From contig JBFLGF010000083.1 of NCBI GenBank assembly GCA_050230475.1, forward strand, positions 1 to 64,000: a stretch of DNA of 64,000 nucleotides, read 5' to 3'. This stretch comes from Ancylonema sp. (Eukaryota). The notes under the pieces are model-generated. The model saw only the letters and a program-made list of their open reading frames with translations, had not been told where the DNA came from and did no database searches. This document shows, piece after piece, positions 39,500-53,331 of the stretch. The translations under genes were made by a program, and so were the position numbers. Position 1 is the stretch's first letter; each line of letters begins with the position of its first letter.

Positions 39500-39692
39500 T
39501 ATTTATTTTAACGCCATTTAAATGTTGCTACATTTTCTGCATTTTTTATATGCATTGTTATTCGTAGTGATACATGGGGGATGTTTATGGAAAGAGTGGG
39601 TGTAAGCACTTAAGTGTACTTTTCATTGTTTTGTTGTTTATCCTTTTTTTATTACACATTTCACTCCCGCCTGGCCCACCCGCCCCCCTTGC

Positions 39693-42600
39693 TGTTAGAA
39701 TATTTTGGATAGCCAGATGTTATGCGTGCTAGTCCAGTTGTGACCGGTTACTCTAACCGGGAGCAATATTCTAGATGTGCCTGTATGCGGGGCCGGGCAA
39801 GTTTGTGCCCGGGCACGTGACATGTTTCCGACGCTTAGAGTCGTTATTTGGTCGAAGCGTCGTGACTGGTTAGTTGAGTCGTGTCAGAAATGTCCGGCAT
39901 GTGCCGTTGACATGTAGAAGAGCTGTCAGTCAATGATAGGCCGACGGTCAATTGTGCCGACCGTCGGCACGCAACAATCTGTAAAGCGCATCGGGTATTA
40001 CCATCCCCGATGCGATCACAATAATACTTCGTTCCACACACGCAACTCCTGTCTCGTTGATCATCAGTGAAAGAGATCCTTTTGCGTACGGTTCGTTTTG
40101 TCGCCCACCTAAATATTTATTCCGGCAAGTCTAATCACCACTCAAAAGCTTATAGTTATACAAGTTGGGCCCACGTGCGGTCTAGTTCAGACGCCGGGTC
40201 GGTTAAAAACTAAAGGCTCCACGCGATTGCGCTGCGGTAATCTCTGTGAACGGTATAGTCTGCCAGTGAGCGCAAATATATTCGTGGTTGTTAAGGTCTG
40301 CACGTAATTCTGATATTGCGCTGCTTTGAGCTGAGTGCTGCAGTGCAGGAATTGCGAACTCGAGCTGTAGCGAGAATTTTTGTAAAGTCCTACACAATAG
40401 CTGCCATAATGTCGGATAGGTCGCAAATCCCTCAAATTTACTGGAGCTGATTATACAGGGATGGGCCTTCAAGGTCAAATATGGGCGGCTGGCGGCGGAC
40501 AAGAAACTGCACCGTTTGGTGGGTGATGGATTGGGACAGTTTGCCGCGCCGCGAAAGGACAGTGTCGCGCAGACGTAATCCTTCCATTGACACCTGATAA
40601 CGAGCTGCAATTAGCCGTTAGCCGCCGCCGCCAGGGGGATCGTCGTGGATGTCGAAGTGTTGGTGCGACAACAGCAGATTTCCCTTTCCCAGCAGCTGCT
40701 GGCTGCTGGAGTGGAGCTGGACTGGAGACATGGGACGAGGATAATCTGGCTGCTATGTCTTATATTGTGAAGCACCTGGGGGGGCCATCGGAGCTGACGC
40801 GCTCGTCACTGACTGCACGACAGCTGCCGGCATCATGTGGGATGCGCGGACATTCTACCAGGTGCAGGGTGCGATCGAGATCGCAAATACGGAGGCATTG
40901 CTGAGCGCTATCATTCAGACGGCGGAGGCAGACCTCAACGTGTACGTGAAGCGTCTGCAGCAGCTGCATCAGGACCTTAAGAATCTGGGGGCGCCAGTAT
41001 CTCCAACGAAGCAGGCGATTAACCTGCTAAATTCGTTGAACACGCATTACAGTCCGATGGTTTCTACGCTGATGCCATGGTCTGAGTCTCGTCGCCACAC
41101 CTCTTCACGATACCACACATCGTGAGTGCGCTGCTTCGCGACGACGTGCGGAAAGAGCTGAACGATCGAAAAAGGGGGGCGCTGCCCGGAGGACACCAGG
41201 CGCATTATGGCGGACCTGGGGGGTGGAATGGAGCTGGAGGTAGCAGCAGATCTGGTGGTGCGACTGGAGCTGGTCGCAGAGACGCTGCACGTCGAATGCT
41301 TCTTCTGCCACAAATTCGGGCACATCAGAGCGAACTGCCCTTCACCAGCATCTGGCGGAGGCCATGCGGGGCCATGGAAATGTCACAGGTGCCACCAGGC
41401 AGGCCACCGAGCTGCTCAGTGCCCTGCGCCATCACCAGCAGCTGGAAATGTTGCGCACGCTACTCAGGGAACAGGGGGGAGGCAGAAGTGCAGATATTTT
41501 GTAGGGCAGTCGGTCACACAATTGAACATTGCAGAAAAAGAACATCTGACATGGCTCTAATGAACCCAGAGGCTGCTAGGAGGGCTGATGCACAAGCTAG
41601 ACTTGCTAGCTTTGCTGACAAACCTTTCAACGCTAATGTGGATTTTTTAGCTTTCGGTGCTTTCTCGTTCGATGTTGCCCGGGCAATGTCTGCTGGTCCT
41701 CACTCAGACTCCCTGATCCTGGTCAGGTGCTACCGACCACATTTTCACGGCACGTGAACACTTTGTGGAGTACACACCTACCCTGAGCACGCAGCAGGCC
41801 TTCATCACCACTGCTGACGGCTCGTCACACAAGGTGGAGGGCACTGGTTTCGTGCACATCCGAGTGAGGAATGGCGACGACGCTTTCTTTGTGCAGCCAC
41901 TCTCGATCCACGTCCCTACCTTTGCCTGAACCCTCGTGTCGACATCGTGCCTCGTCAGAAGAGGTGGGCTGAGCTTTCTACAGCTGCCCACGGGTCCACA
42001 ATTAAAAAAGGGAAATGTGAAATGGGCTGATGTGCTGCAGCAGCCTAGTGGTCTGACTCTGCTTGCTGCCACAATCGTTATGCCTGGATCTCATGATCAA
42101 CAGCGAATTTGTCCACAGGCATGGTCTGGCATCACAAATTGGGTCACCCCAGTTCTGATGTGATGTCAGATTTCGCCAGACGTGGTGACATCCCAGAGTT
42201 AAGTCAGGGGGAATTAACTGAAGTTAAGGGATGTCAGGTTTGCTGTCAGGGGAAGATGACTCAGCTCAGTCATGCTAAGATCAGTGCAGATCTGGGAACA
42301 TGCCCCAAGATGGGTCGCATCCACCTGGATCTCATTGGACCACTGTCTGTCAGGTCAGCTAACGGAGGGTATACATATGCTCAGACAGGGATAGAGGTAT
42401 CCACACGTCTGTCATTTGTGAGCTTGTTAAAAACAAAGGATGAAGCACTGAACCGAGCAAGAGTCACTATACAATTGCTCGAGGTCCAGTCAGGTCTGCC
42501 CCTACAGTCTATTCGGACAGATAAGGGAGGGGAGTATATGTCTCAGGACTGGATAAACTACTGTGGGGGGAAGGGTATTGACAAGCAAACCACAGAAGCA

Positions 42601-45600
42601 TATAGTCCTGAACAAAACGGAATCTGTGAAAGACTGAATAGAACATTGACAGAAAAAATGCGATGCATCTTAATCTGGTCAGGTCTACCGAAGTCTTATT
42701 GGGACGTGGCATTGTTACATGCAAACTGGTTGAGGAATAGAACACCCACTAAGTCGCTTTCTGGGAAAATTCCACAATTGAGGTCTGAGGGGAAGAGAAT
42801 GACAGTTAATAAAAGTCATAATTTCGGGTGTCTGGTCCAATATTTGAAGGTTGGGGGGGGAAAGAACAGTCAAGGGGACAAGTTTGCCCCTCGTACTTGC
42901 TTTGGTGTGTTTCTGGGGATGGCTGCGGGGAGTGCAGGCTACAATGTTTGCGATCCCCATAGAGCTGGGGTGATATCACGCATGGACGTGAGGTTCTTTG
43001 AGGAGGTGCCGGGGTACCCGAAGCTGATGGGGGGGAGAGCTCCCCAGATTCAGGAGGCAGCAGAAAAACACTTTTTCTACCTTTTCCCCGACCCTGAAGA
43101 TGAACCAGCTGCAGCAGTTGTGCCAGCAGAAGCAGTCCACCCCAACATGCCAGCAGCAGCAGTCCACCCCAACATGCCAGCAGCAGCAGTTCTGCAACCG
43201 ATGCCAGCAGTTCTGCAGCCAATCCCAGCACCAGCAGAAGCAGCAGTCCCTGAGCCAGCAGCTGCCATCGACTATCCGCACGACAACTTCCAGCCACAAG
43301 CTGCTGAGGTCCCTAACGCCACGATTGTGCTGTCTGACAGCCAATCAGGGATCAACAACGCAGGAGGTGGAGATGCAGGGGAGGAGGAGGTGCAAGGAGG
43401 GGGTGCGAACCCAGATGTGGGGGAGCCTGGCAGTATAGCTGATCGGGTGATGGCTAGAAGGCGAGCCAACTTTGCCGAGTATGGGGATCTCATGTGATGT
43501 GATGGGGAGGAGTTTGATGACGCAGCACACGACAACTACTCAGCGACTGAGTGGGAGCCCAGCAGTTTCTACACTGGCTTCAACGGTCCTGTGGATCCGG
43601 GCTACGCGTGCGTAGCATCTAACAGCAACTCCTCCGAGCCACTCACACTCAACCATGCGAGGATGAGGCCAGACTGGGACCAGTGGGACAGGGCCATTGT
43701 GGAGGAGTTAGCAGCCCTGGAGACGTTCAACACCTTTGAGGTGTGTGTGCTTCCTCCAGGTAAAAAGGCTGTGGGGTGCAGATATGTGTTTAAGGTCAAA
43801 ACAACACCACAGGGGGATATTGAAAGATATAAAGTCAGACTGGTCGCACAGGGGTTCTTACAACAAGAGGGTATTGATTATAATGAAGTATTTGCACCAG
43901 TAATCGACAGTACATCTATCACCCTACTCCTCTCTATAGCAAACCAATATGACTGGGAACTGGAACAGATGGACGTAATCACAGCGTTCCTGCATGGACG
44001 TCTGGAAGAAGAGGTTTATATGAAAATACCACCACGTATGCATATCAAAGGGGGTGCTGAGGGAAAGGTCTTACGACTGAAGGGAGCTTTATACGGTCTA
44101 AAGCAGAGTAGCCACGTATGGCAGGAAATGTTAAAATTTATGATATCTGAAGGATTTAAACAGTGCGTAATGGACACATGTATATATATGAGGGGGGAAG
44201 CAGACAGTCGAATCATACTGGGGATACATGTAGATGATCAGGTGATCACAGGTCCTAACGCAATGGTCGTCAAAACTTTTAAAGAAGATATGGGTAAAAA
44301 GTTCAAAGAAGTTAATAAGGATCTGGGTTCCCTAACCCATATCCTGGGGGTTGAAGTGAAGAGGGATAGACAGAGCAGACTGCTCACACTGGGACAGTCA
44401 GGATTCTTAAGGGGAGTGCTTGAACGCTATGGGATGCATGATTGTAATCCAACCAAACTCCCACTCGCCCCTGGAACTCAATTCACACAGAATGATGAAC
44501 CAACTCTTCCCCCTACCCCTGAAGAAATAACAGACTTTCGTGGGAAAGTGGGATCACTCATATATGCCATGAAACAAACCAGACTGGACATCGGGTATGC
44601 ACTTGGGGTACTGGCAAAACACATGGGAAATCCTGGGGTGGCACACATAAGGGCTCTACATCAACTATTCAGATACTTTAAAGGGGACTGTCAACCACGG
44701 ACTGACGTTTGTGGGAAAAGACACATTTGAAGTAAAGGGTTACTGCGATGCATCATGGAACAGTTGTAGCATGACAGGGAAGTCAGTCACTGGATGGGTA
44801 ACCACGGTTGGGGGGACAGCACTGAGTTGGAAGTCATCACAGAAACAGTCAATTGCACAGAGCACTGCTGAGGCTGAGTCTATTGCTGCCTGTAGTGTGT
44901 CTAAAGAATGCTGTTATCTAAAGTCTCTCTTGAAAGAACTCAAATTCCCACACCAAATCACAATCCACACTGATTCAACCTCAGCTCTCTCCATGATCCA
45001 GAATCCTGTGCAAAGACAGAAAGCAAAACATTTTAATGTGGTATATCACTGGGTACGGGAATGCCACAGCACGGGGAGACTAAAATATTGTGTATCTTGC
45101 AGGCGCAAATCAACCAGCAGATATGCTAACTAAAGCTCTACCCCAAGTTTTTACTGGACCAGACACAGCAAAAGTCTAAGGTTTTGGACGGTTATACTGA
45201 ACTGGGGGTGTCAGTAGTTTTCTTTTATTTTTATGATCGAAAGGTTTCGAATGCCATGCATGTTGGCAGGGGGTGGTGTTGTTATGTTTCTTTTCAGGCA
45301 GAAGTCATGGGGAGGGTACACCAACTTCAGCTTCATCCAGCTAAGTCACACTCTTACCTTAATACCTTGAAAAGACACTTGAAAACGCTTAAGGAACACT
45401 TTAAAATCAGAAAGTGGTGAATCTGCTCATTCAACTTTAAACTTGTCAGTTTGTTTGTTCTGAATTTTCGAATGTATGTTGTCCTAATCATTGTTGCAAA
45501 ACTTGTGTCAAAAGTTGATGCTGATAGGACTTGTAATTTTGAAGTTACGCTGTTTTGAGATTTTTCTGACTGGAAAGTGTGACGTTTCAGAATCGTGAAG

Positions 45601-46392
45601 TTGAAAAAGTTAAGAAATCAAAAATATTTTCATAAGTTTTTTTGTTTTCGCCTAACTTGTGGCATTTATTTGTTTGTATGTGCAGGGCTTCGGCCCGAAA
45701 AACGAACGACAAAGGACATGGAGCGATCGTCTTTGAAGTTCCGATCGGCTTCCGATCTTCCGAACGGCGCGTCGAACGGCTGCATTTATCGATAGAATCC
45801 CCCTAGCACCGCTTGTATGCTAGGGAAGACCAAAAACTTGTTTGTATATGTTTATGTGATGGTTCCGCCATGTTTTGGCAATGACTTGGGTACTCCTTTT
45901 GATGTCTGCATTTATGCCAACTTTAGCATGGCATCCGAGGGGGTGTGTTAGAATATTTTGGATAGTGGATAGCCATATGTTATGCGTGCTAGTCCAGGTG
46001 TGACCGGTTACTCTAACCGGGAGCAATAGTCTAGATGGGCCTGTATGCGGGGCCGGGCAAGTTTGTGCCCGGGCACCTGACATGTTTCCGACGCTTAGAG
46101 ACGCGAAGCGTCGGGCTAGTTTTAGTCGTGTCAGAAATGTCCGGCATGTGCCGTTGACATGTAGAAGAGCTGTCAGTCAATGAGGCCGACGGTCAATTGG
46201 CCGACCGTCGGCACGCAACAATCTGTAAAGCGCATCGGGTATTACCATCCCCGATGCAATCACAATAATAATTTCGTTCCACACACGCAACTCCTGTCTC
46301 GTTGATCATCAGTGAAAGAGATCCTTTTGCGTACGGTTCGTTTTGTCGCCCACCTAATTATTCCAGCAAGTCTAATCACTCAAAAGCTTATA
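39693..46392 (+). mobile_element. Full-length Ty1/Copia LTR retrotransposon (decayed)
   Basis: LTRs at 39693-40154 and 45946-46392. 5-bp TSD CTTGC. PPT GAGGGGGTG before the 3' LTR. Domain order is gag-PR-IN-RT-RNaseH. Confidence 0.97.
40461..45190 (+). pseudogene. Copia gag-pol with frameshifts and stops; boundaries approximate
   Basis: Zinc knuckles CFFCHKFGHIRANC and CHRCHQAGHRAAQC; frameshifted protease IL(D)SGATDH; WHHKLGH; integrase HLDLIGP, IRTDKGGEY, PEQNGICERLNRT; RT YKVRLVAQGF, QMDVITAFLHG, LYGLKQS, HVDD; RNase H YCDASW, STAEAE. Confidence 0.93.
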
Positions 46393-48357
46393 CTTGCCAC
46401 CCCACCATCAGATTCTACAGTCTACGCATCCCGGAAGCAATTGTTTGAATGAGTGCAAACACATAGTCTTCATTTAGGATACGCTATCAATGCTAAAAGG
46501 TCGAAGAAAAATGTGATATTTTATCAATATGATCGAGGGGGTAATTATAAGAATGGATAGACAGTAGTGGACGGAGATCGAAAATATGTTATTGGCGCGA
46601 AATATGAGTAAAAAAGGAAATTTGTTTCATGTATTTCATGTATTTGTTTCATTCGAAGACGTTGTCTTGTAGGCAATACGAGTTGTGGTGTACGACAATG
46701 ATGCCCTCACGTTTTCTTAAAATGGATCGCATCTTGCAATTTTTCCCCATACGGAATCGGTAATTGTTTGTGGTGCACTGTGTATCATTTCGAATTTCAA
46801 CTTGTTCGGCATGAACCATTCTTGATATGGCATCTACAATCATTTACTCTTATGAAATGTATGTCTTCACAAGACTAAAGAGTTTCCGACTAAGGCATCG
46901 CAAAAAGGGACAACAATGGATTGGATTTGTTGTGGATCCTATCGACTTGGCAACACAAGTAGTAATATTGATATCAATGGAAGCATTAGGAAACGAAGAT
47001 CGAAGATACAAAGTGACGTTCCCCCCCCCCAAACACGCAACAAGAAAATACGATGTTAGTGATTGAAGTGCATGTCATAGAGGGTAAAAATGTTTCAATA
47101 AAAAATAGAGAAAATGCAACGACACTTTAATCACATTTAATGACTAAAAATACGTACACAAAACACACATTTTAGAGTAACCAAAAAAACACTAAATAAA
47201 ACTTGTGAAATCAAATCTCCACAATGAATGTCCATTGAACGCCCATACGACCGAGCTTTTGACCTACAAATGTCAAATCTTCTATTATTTCCACGCAATC
47301 TACCATTTTCTCTCTGTCTCCCTCGTTCTATCTGACCTCATGTGAAACCGCGCTTCCTTTTTCGGCATTACACATGAAAACCAAGAGCAATGCGAGCTGG
47401 AGGTATGAATCATTCAGTTGTAGCCTCTTCACATCTGCGAAAAGTGAGAGGCAGATAACAAACTAAATGAGAACATTCATTGCATACTTCCACCCAAGTG
47501 TATCTAAAAACATCCCCACTTGTATACCTCTCCCTCTCCCTCTGTCTATCTCACCTTCTTTGAAGGAGTGCTTCAGACTACATATTCAGATGTGAGGGGG
47601 AGCTCTGCAACCTCGAGGCAGAAATCACTCGCGTCGGCCACTTCTTTTACGATAAGTAATTGTCATTTTTTTGTACGAAAAAGAAGCGCCAATTCCAACT
47701 TGGAGATGCGCCAAATTGTGCTTCCCCATGCTAATCGGAATCAACAAACAATAAGACGCTCTCGCACGCAAAGAGCAGCCTCAGCACGCAATCACACTGG
47801 CACACTGGAAGCACGGCACTCGCAAAATGCAGTACTTGAAGAATTCGCAGCGCAAAACACGACCCGGACAACAGGACGCACGCAACAGCAAGCATGGAGG
47901 CAGCAAACGCGACGGTGGCAGGAGCGAGGAGGTAGCTCCGAGATAGTGATAACGAAAAAAATCACGGTACATCGGTTCGGGACACTATGTAGAGCGAATT
48001 TTCGCCGGATGCCCGTTCACTATTACAGAGGGGGGTGCCCGCAGTCTCTCCCAAATTATATTATTATCCCCTGGGGGGGGCGGGGTACTTCCTGTACCCC
48101 AGGGGTGCCGGGATGTTTCCAAAATCACGAAATGTATTTGGTGATCCGGTTACAACGTGGCAGTATTCAATTTAGGGCCTAAGACGTTCTATCGAACTAC
48201 TTACAATGCAAAATGAGTACTACTTAGTCAAATTTCGACGTCCGAAGTCGATTAGAGGAATTGTCCCGGTGCGGCACGCGTGCGCAAATCTTGCGCACGG
48301 TGCTGGCCCATCTATGGATGGGGCTAAGGGTGGGGCCTAAAAAATAATTGGTACGTG

Positions 48358-48670
48358 TAGTGTGCGGGGAGCCCGGAGCCCAATGAGCCCCAGAAGCCCA
48401 AGATCCGGGCTCATTGAGCCCGGAGCCCAAAGGGGTGTTTTTCCTCCGGCTCCGAGCTAAACGTCGGAGCCCACGTCGGAGCGTAAGATCCGGGCTCGGA
48501 TCCGGGCTCGGAGCCCATGATTCAAGAATTCATGGAAAAAGCGGGAGAGCAAACGGAACCTACGGCCACATCATCAGGAGAGATCCGGGTAAGCTCCGAG
48601 CCCAGATCTTGGGCTCCGGGCTCCCAAAATGAGCCCGGAGCCACGATCTTGGGCTCGGCTCCGGCTGAGG
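48358..48670. mobile_element. Left end of a GAGCCC-repeat hAT-like element (related to 14939-15551)
   Basis: Starts TAGTGTGCGGGGAGCCCG followed by a dense GAGCCC/GGGCTC array. The other end was not identified. Confidence 0.55.
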
Positions 48671-49137
48671 CCGGAACAAGAAGCTTTACACACATCATTC
48701 TTTTTTCTCAATAACTCTAATCAAAATCCTTACATATTACGTGTAATCGCCATTTTGGCCATGTATTACGTAATTGAGCAAATCGATGTAATTTGTAAGA
48801 TTACGGTAAGCTTACCGTAAAAAACAGTAATTGACGTATTACGTAATGTAAATTAAATAAAAAAGGAAACGTAAAATTTACAACCCTAGTAGTATCGCGA
48901 GCGGCCGTGGGTTTGGTCACGATTCCGCCCGTCAGTAACGATTTTACGTGCAGTAGCGGGAGACACCACGTAATTTGTTTCAAATTAACAGCAATTTTGA
49001 ACGACCTTGGCGAAAGCCGGTGTGGCACTTTTCGCCCACCTGCCGATACCGCAATCCACCTGCCGATACTAGTTCCCTTATTAATTTGGTAGGGTTGGCG
49101 ACACCGCCCTACCGCCCTACTCCATACCCATCGTAAC

Positions 49138-51090
49138 TAGCGTGGGCTCGCAATCGCCGACCGCCAACCGCCCAGCCGCCCCCTGTGGCGGTCGGCGGTT
49201 GGATGGCGCTTGGATAGTTGGATGGTTGGTGTTTGGATCCGTGCTACACTCACTAGGGTTTCCTAGCGAGGTCCACACACTCAGCGCTAGAGCACTGCTA
49301 GCCCAGATTTCCCTGTAACGAGTTCTCTCCCTTCATAGTGAGACTTGTGTCCCCAGCGGCCGCCTAACCCCTAGGGCGTATTTGTTGTTGGACACAGCAA
49401 TGTTTCCTTTGCCCAGATTCTATTGTGTCCTTGATATATTTCAAGTGAGGATCAAGGTGAGTTTCCCACATTGATCTTAGAGTCGGCTAGGGCCGACTTT
49501 CCTATATCTAGCCGGTAGGAATGCCTTTAGAGCATTCCTATCAACTCATGTACTCGCACCTTGTTGTGCCCCCTACCATACAAACCAAACCATTGACCAT
49601 CGGCTCATTAGCCACTATCCTATCGGCTCATCTCGCCATTATCTTGTGTGTGCATCTGCAACTAGATTGCCAGTTGCTCTTTTGCATTCCGCCCCTAACA
49701 ATTGGAGCAGTTGGACGACGGTTGGCAGTAATGGATAGATATGAAAAGCGGGGACAATGCATTGCCTCCATTGACCACCCATTACCTATGATGTGTAGGA
49801 ATTATATCGGATAGCCATGTTTGCTAGCGTGCTAGTCCGGACTGCGGTTTAGTGTAACCGGTAGGGTTCCTAGGGTGTGCTTATGTTTAGGGGCCGGACT
49901 TATGTCCGGGCACCCGAATATGACGTTTCGATTGTGCCGTTTGTAGGACGTGCGGTCTAGATGGTTCCGAATCTAGACGTTATGTTTTGTCAGACTGTCC
50001 GGCATGTGCCGTTGTCAGGATCTGACTATTGTTGAGTTATGATAGGCCGACGGTCCGCAGAAGATACGATCGGCACGCTTTGTACATTCATGTTGTGGAC
50101 GAGGCATCGTGGTATACCTACACGATGCCGACCATTCAAGATTATTCTTCCAACTACTTGTCATTGATCATTCTTGTCTGAGAGAAGTAAGTTCCTTGTA
50201 CGGAAAGAATCACACTGCCTTGCACACCAATCACGTAACATCCCTAAAATGATGTAGACAGACCTAAGTATATAATCGATCACATGTGCTTCACGCTCGA
50301 AGTTGAATTGTATGAGTTATGCTTAGTGTCACATTGATTGAGTGGTCGACGTCGTTTATTTTGTCTTAATTTTATCATTTGTAAACGTTATCATTTTTCT
50401 AATACATGTTCCGAGTCCCTTTGTGCGGGTGAACGTTGTGTTGCTTAAGTGTACCGTCATTCCATTATTTAGAAGCACACCATCATCACGTTAGGAAGTG
50501 CGAGAACTTCATGGATATTTATGGCGGATGCCTACCATCTCGTACACTTTCTTCACTAACTTGTAATGAAAAACAATTATTGACCAAAACTTTTAGCTAA
50601 ATACAATTTTCATCGGAGCGATATTTTCACGATGATCAAAGTTGTACTCACTGCCATAACATCATATTTTGAAATTAAATGGCGACACATGCTAACCACC
50701 GGTTTGTAATGAACGATGTCTCGAATTTAATGAAAACACACCATACAAAATCGTCAATAACCGAGTGTGAAGAACAATCTTACGATGGATTGTATTCACC
50801 ACTAATATATTCAGTGTTCCAAAACATCTAAAAAAGTGTACCCCTTAACAAATGCCGTTTTTTTTTTCAACCGCCATCAAACCGGTCCAACCGCCTTCCA
50901 GCAGTCGGCGGTTGGGCGGTTGAGTTGCGATTGGGCTCTAGGTAGGCAATTGGGTGGCGGTTGGGCGGTTGGGCGGTTGGGTGGCGATTGGACGGTTGGG
51001 CGGCGGTTGGGGCATCTGGGCGGCGGTCGGAGGCGGTTGGCGGGTGGCCAACCGCCAACGTTACGATTATGGCGGTTGGGGACCACCCTA
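49138..51090. mobile_element. hAT-like element with ACCGCC/GGCGGT repeats
   Basis: Ends TAGCGTGG / CCACCCTA with degenerate TSD ATCGTAAC vs GTCCTAAC. Internal homology to 54840-55200 (ACCACTAATATATTCAGTGTT shared). Confidence 0.6.
49794..50249 (+). mobile_element. Solo LTR of a family related to the Copia at 39693
   Basis: Shares GGATAGCCA, GCGTGCTAGTCC, TGTCCGGCATGTGCCGTTG and GATAGGCCGACGGTC with the Copia LTR, and has a similar length (456 bp). 5-bp TSD TGATG. Confidence 0.85.
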
Positions 51091-52189
51091 GTCCTAACAC
51101 GCGCGTTGCTCAGATATTCGGTAGGGGTTGGGGATTTTGCCGAGCCGCGGTTAGCTCGGTAGGCGGAAGGGCGGTAGGATGAAACGGTATATATCCGCAA
51201 GGAATCAAATCCGAATTTTATAGTGTTTTCATCGAATCGTAAACTACAGAGAAAGAGACTGAAATTTAGACACAAGTGTTTCCTTATTTTTGTGTCACGG
51301 TAGTTCGTGTGTTTGGCATGATTAGCGTAGGGATCGGTAAAGATCGGAAAGAATCAAATCCTTAGAAGCACGGGGTTTTTGGTACGTTTTTAAAACTTAT
51401 TTTATCAACGGGAATTTTTTTTAACAACCCGTGATTACATTTGTTGTGCCGTTTTAAAGGATTGCATTGTATACGACGGCACTAAATACCCGACGGCATT
51501 TTTTGTTGGCTTAGTGTGGTGCCGTCGCATAAGCGAATTCCCGTGAGGGATGCCGTCTTTTGGATAATGAGTCTTTACCTGAATGAGTCTTTTGGCTAAT
51601 GAGCCCCGCCCGGCCGCCCGTTACCGGGTGCGCTGAATTTCGGGATTTCAAGAAAGCAAGTTAAAAAAGGCATAGCTTCTATACGTATCTTTTATGGTAT
51701 TCAGTAATAAAATATGCTTCACGTAGATGGGACTATGTAGTTATTATTCGCACTTTTTTGTTTTCTTTTTCGATTAATGTGGAGTTTCAAAAACTGAGAA
51801 CACGAGAAACCCTAAAAAAGCTCTATATACTCGCACGTCACGTCGACATTCCCGCAAGCGTTCCGCCCGCGGGTGCCGCTTGGCGGAGATTTTCATGGGC
51901 GTGTACATCTATGTGTTTTTGTTTTAGGCCGATGTTTCATTCAAGTAAAGAGCTTCTTCTTTGTTGCAACTTCAAATTTTGATTCACGCTTTTGGAAAAA
52001 AACGATATGCATGGATTCCAACTACTTCCCTATCGCTCCCTCCCGTCCTCGGCTGGCCTACCCCATGCTGATGCCTAACCGGGTTGTGCACCAAACTCGG
52101 TAGAAAACCGGTTGGGGGTAGCTAGCTATCCGGGGGTAGCAACGCCCTACCGCGAACCGGAAATTCGGATACGGGAACAACGATGTACA

Positions 52190-53331
52190 TCGGGTTGGGG
52201 AACCTTAAAAACTAGAGCAATTTAAGATCCTTAATTAAGGTTTTTACTTTCTAGTTATTAACCCCTGATATTTCCGGACCCTAAAAGTGTGGTATTTTTT
52301 TTAAGGTTTAAATTGTTACCTAACCACTTTCCTACAGTGCTCCCTCGATGCAAGAACCCTCTTCATAAAAACAACCTCGATATACGAACAACTTTTTTCA
52401 ACTTTTTGAACGTCAATATCAAATCTTCCTCGATGTCAGCATACACAACATTCTATATAGAGACAAACTACTTCAGAAAATGTTACTAAATGCCCTTATA
52501 CTGTATAAAACGCTATTTCTCGAAGATGACGATATCTGGGAATTGAGACAAAAATAGAATCCAAAAATATCAAAAATAAATATATAATAATATAAATAAT
52601 ACTAAACCTTTATTTTGATATATTTAACATTAAAAATTACAAAATGATGAAATCATGGGTGAGGAGGCAAAATAGTATTCAATATTTCTTTCATGAAACT
52701 AAGGATCGAACAATCTCGAAATATTATTCAATGAAAATGAACAGAGAAGATTTGGATTACTTTTGTATGTTGGAATTTTAAAAATTTCATTCAAAACTTT
52801 GTATATTTTGTTTTTCGTTCACGATTCTCTTCAGTACAAGTGTTGGTGTGTCTTGCCTACCAAAAATTGTTCATGAATTTTCATGACCATTGTGTTTGCA
52901 TAATGTCCAACAAAATTTGCTAGTACGTTTATGCTTTGTACGAGCTTAATACTTCCCGGACTCTCGTAGTAAAGTTGTTTGTATATTTTCTGCTAGTCGC
53001 CATGTATTTGGCCTCAAGACGCACTTGTACAACACACACGATGAATTGGATGACGGTGCCAAGGAAACTTACTCTAGACAACATAAATGAACAATTCGGA
53101 CATAAATAGATAGGCACATAAATGAACGGTTCGGAGATCGAAATATATATTGTGTGAAACGCTGATTTTTTTCATAATTTACAAGTTTTTAAGGTCGCGA
53201 ATGAGTTCAGCGGTAAGCGACCCCAGAGTACCATTTTTTGTGGATTATTGAGAAGTCAAGGTTTGTAAGATTTGAAGTTCTTATGGTTATTAATGGTCTG
53301 GGGGTGTTTTAAAGCCTAAAAAACAACCCTA
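52190..53331. mobile_element. AT-rich non-autonomous hAT-type element
   Basis: Ends TCGGGTTG / CAACCCTA. TSD GATGTACA vs TATGTACA (7/8). Related to 16311-17606. Confidence 0.7.

Larger units (their letters stand above)
37415..48052. mobile_element. Non-autonomous MULE with very long imperfect TIRs
   Basis: Termini GGGAGAGACTGCGGGCACCCCC. Perfect 9-bp TSD AAATTATAT at 37406-37414 and 48053-48061. Inverted homology continues at 38913-39140 vs 47310-47647. Confidence 0.92.
37301..48316. mobile_element. Small hAT-type element expanded by nested insertions
   Basis: TIR CATAGATGGG / CCCATCTATG. TSD GGTGGGGC vs GATGGGGC (7/8). Shared GCGCAAATCT-type subterminal motifs at both ends. Confidence 0.65.
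49090..52170. mobile_element. CTACCG-repeat hAT-like element (family of 14192-16261), interrupted; right boundary approximate
   Basis: Starts TAGGGTTGGCGACACCGCCCTACCGCCCTAC, the reverse complement of 16231-16261. CGGTAG motifs resume at 51120-51340 and 52100-52155. Confidence 0.55.
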
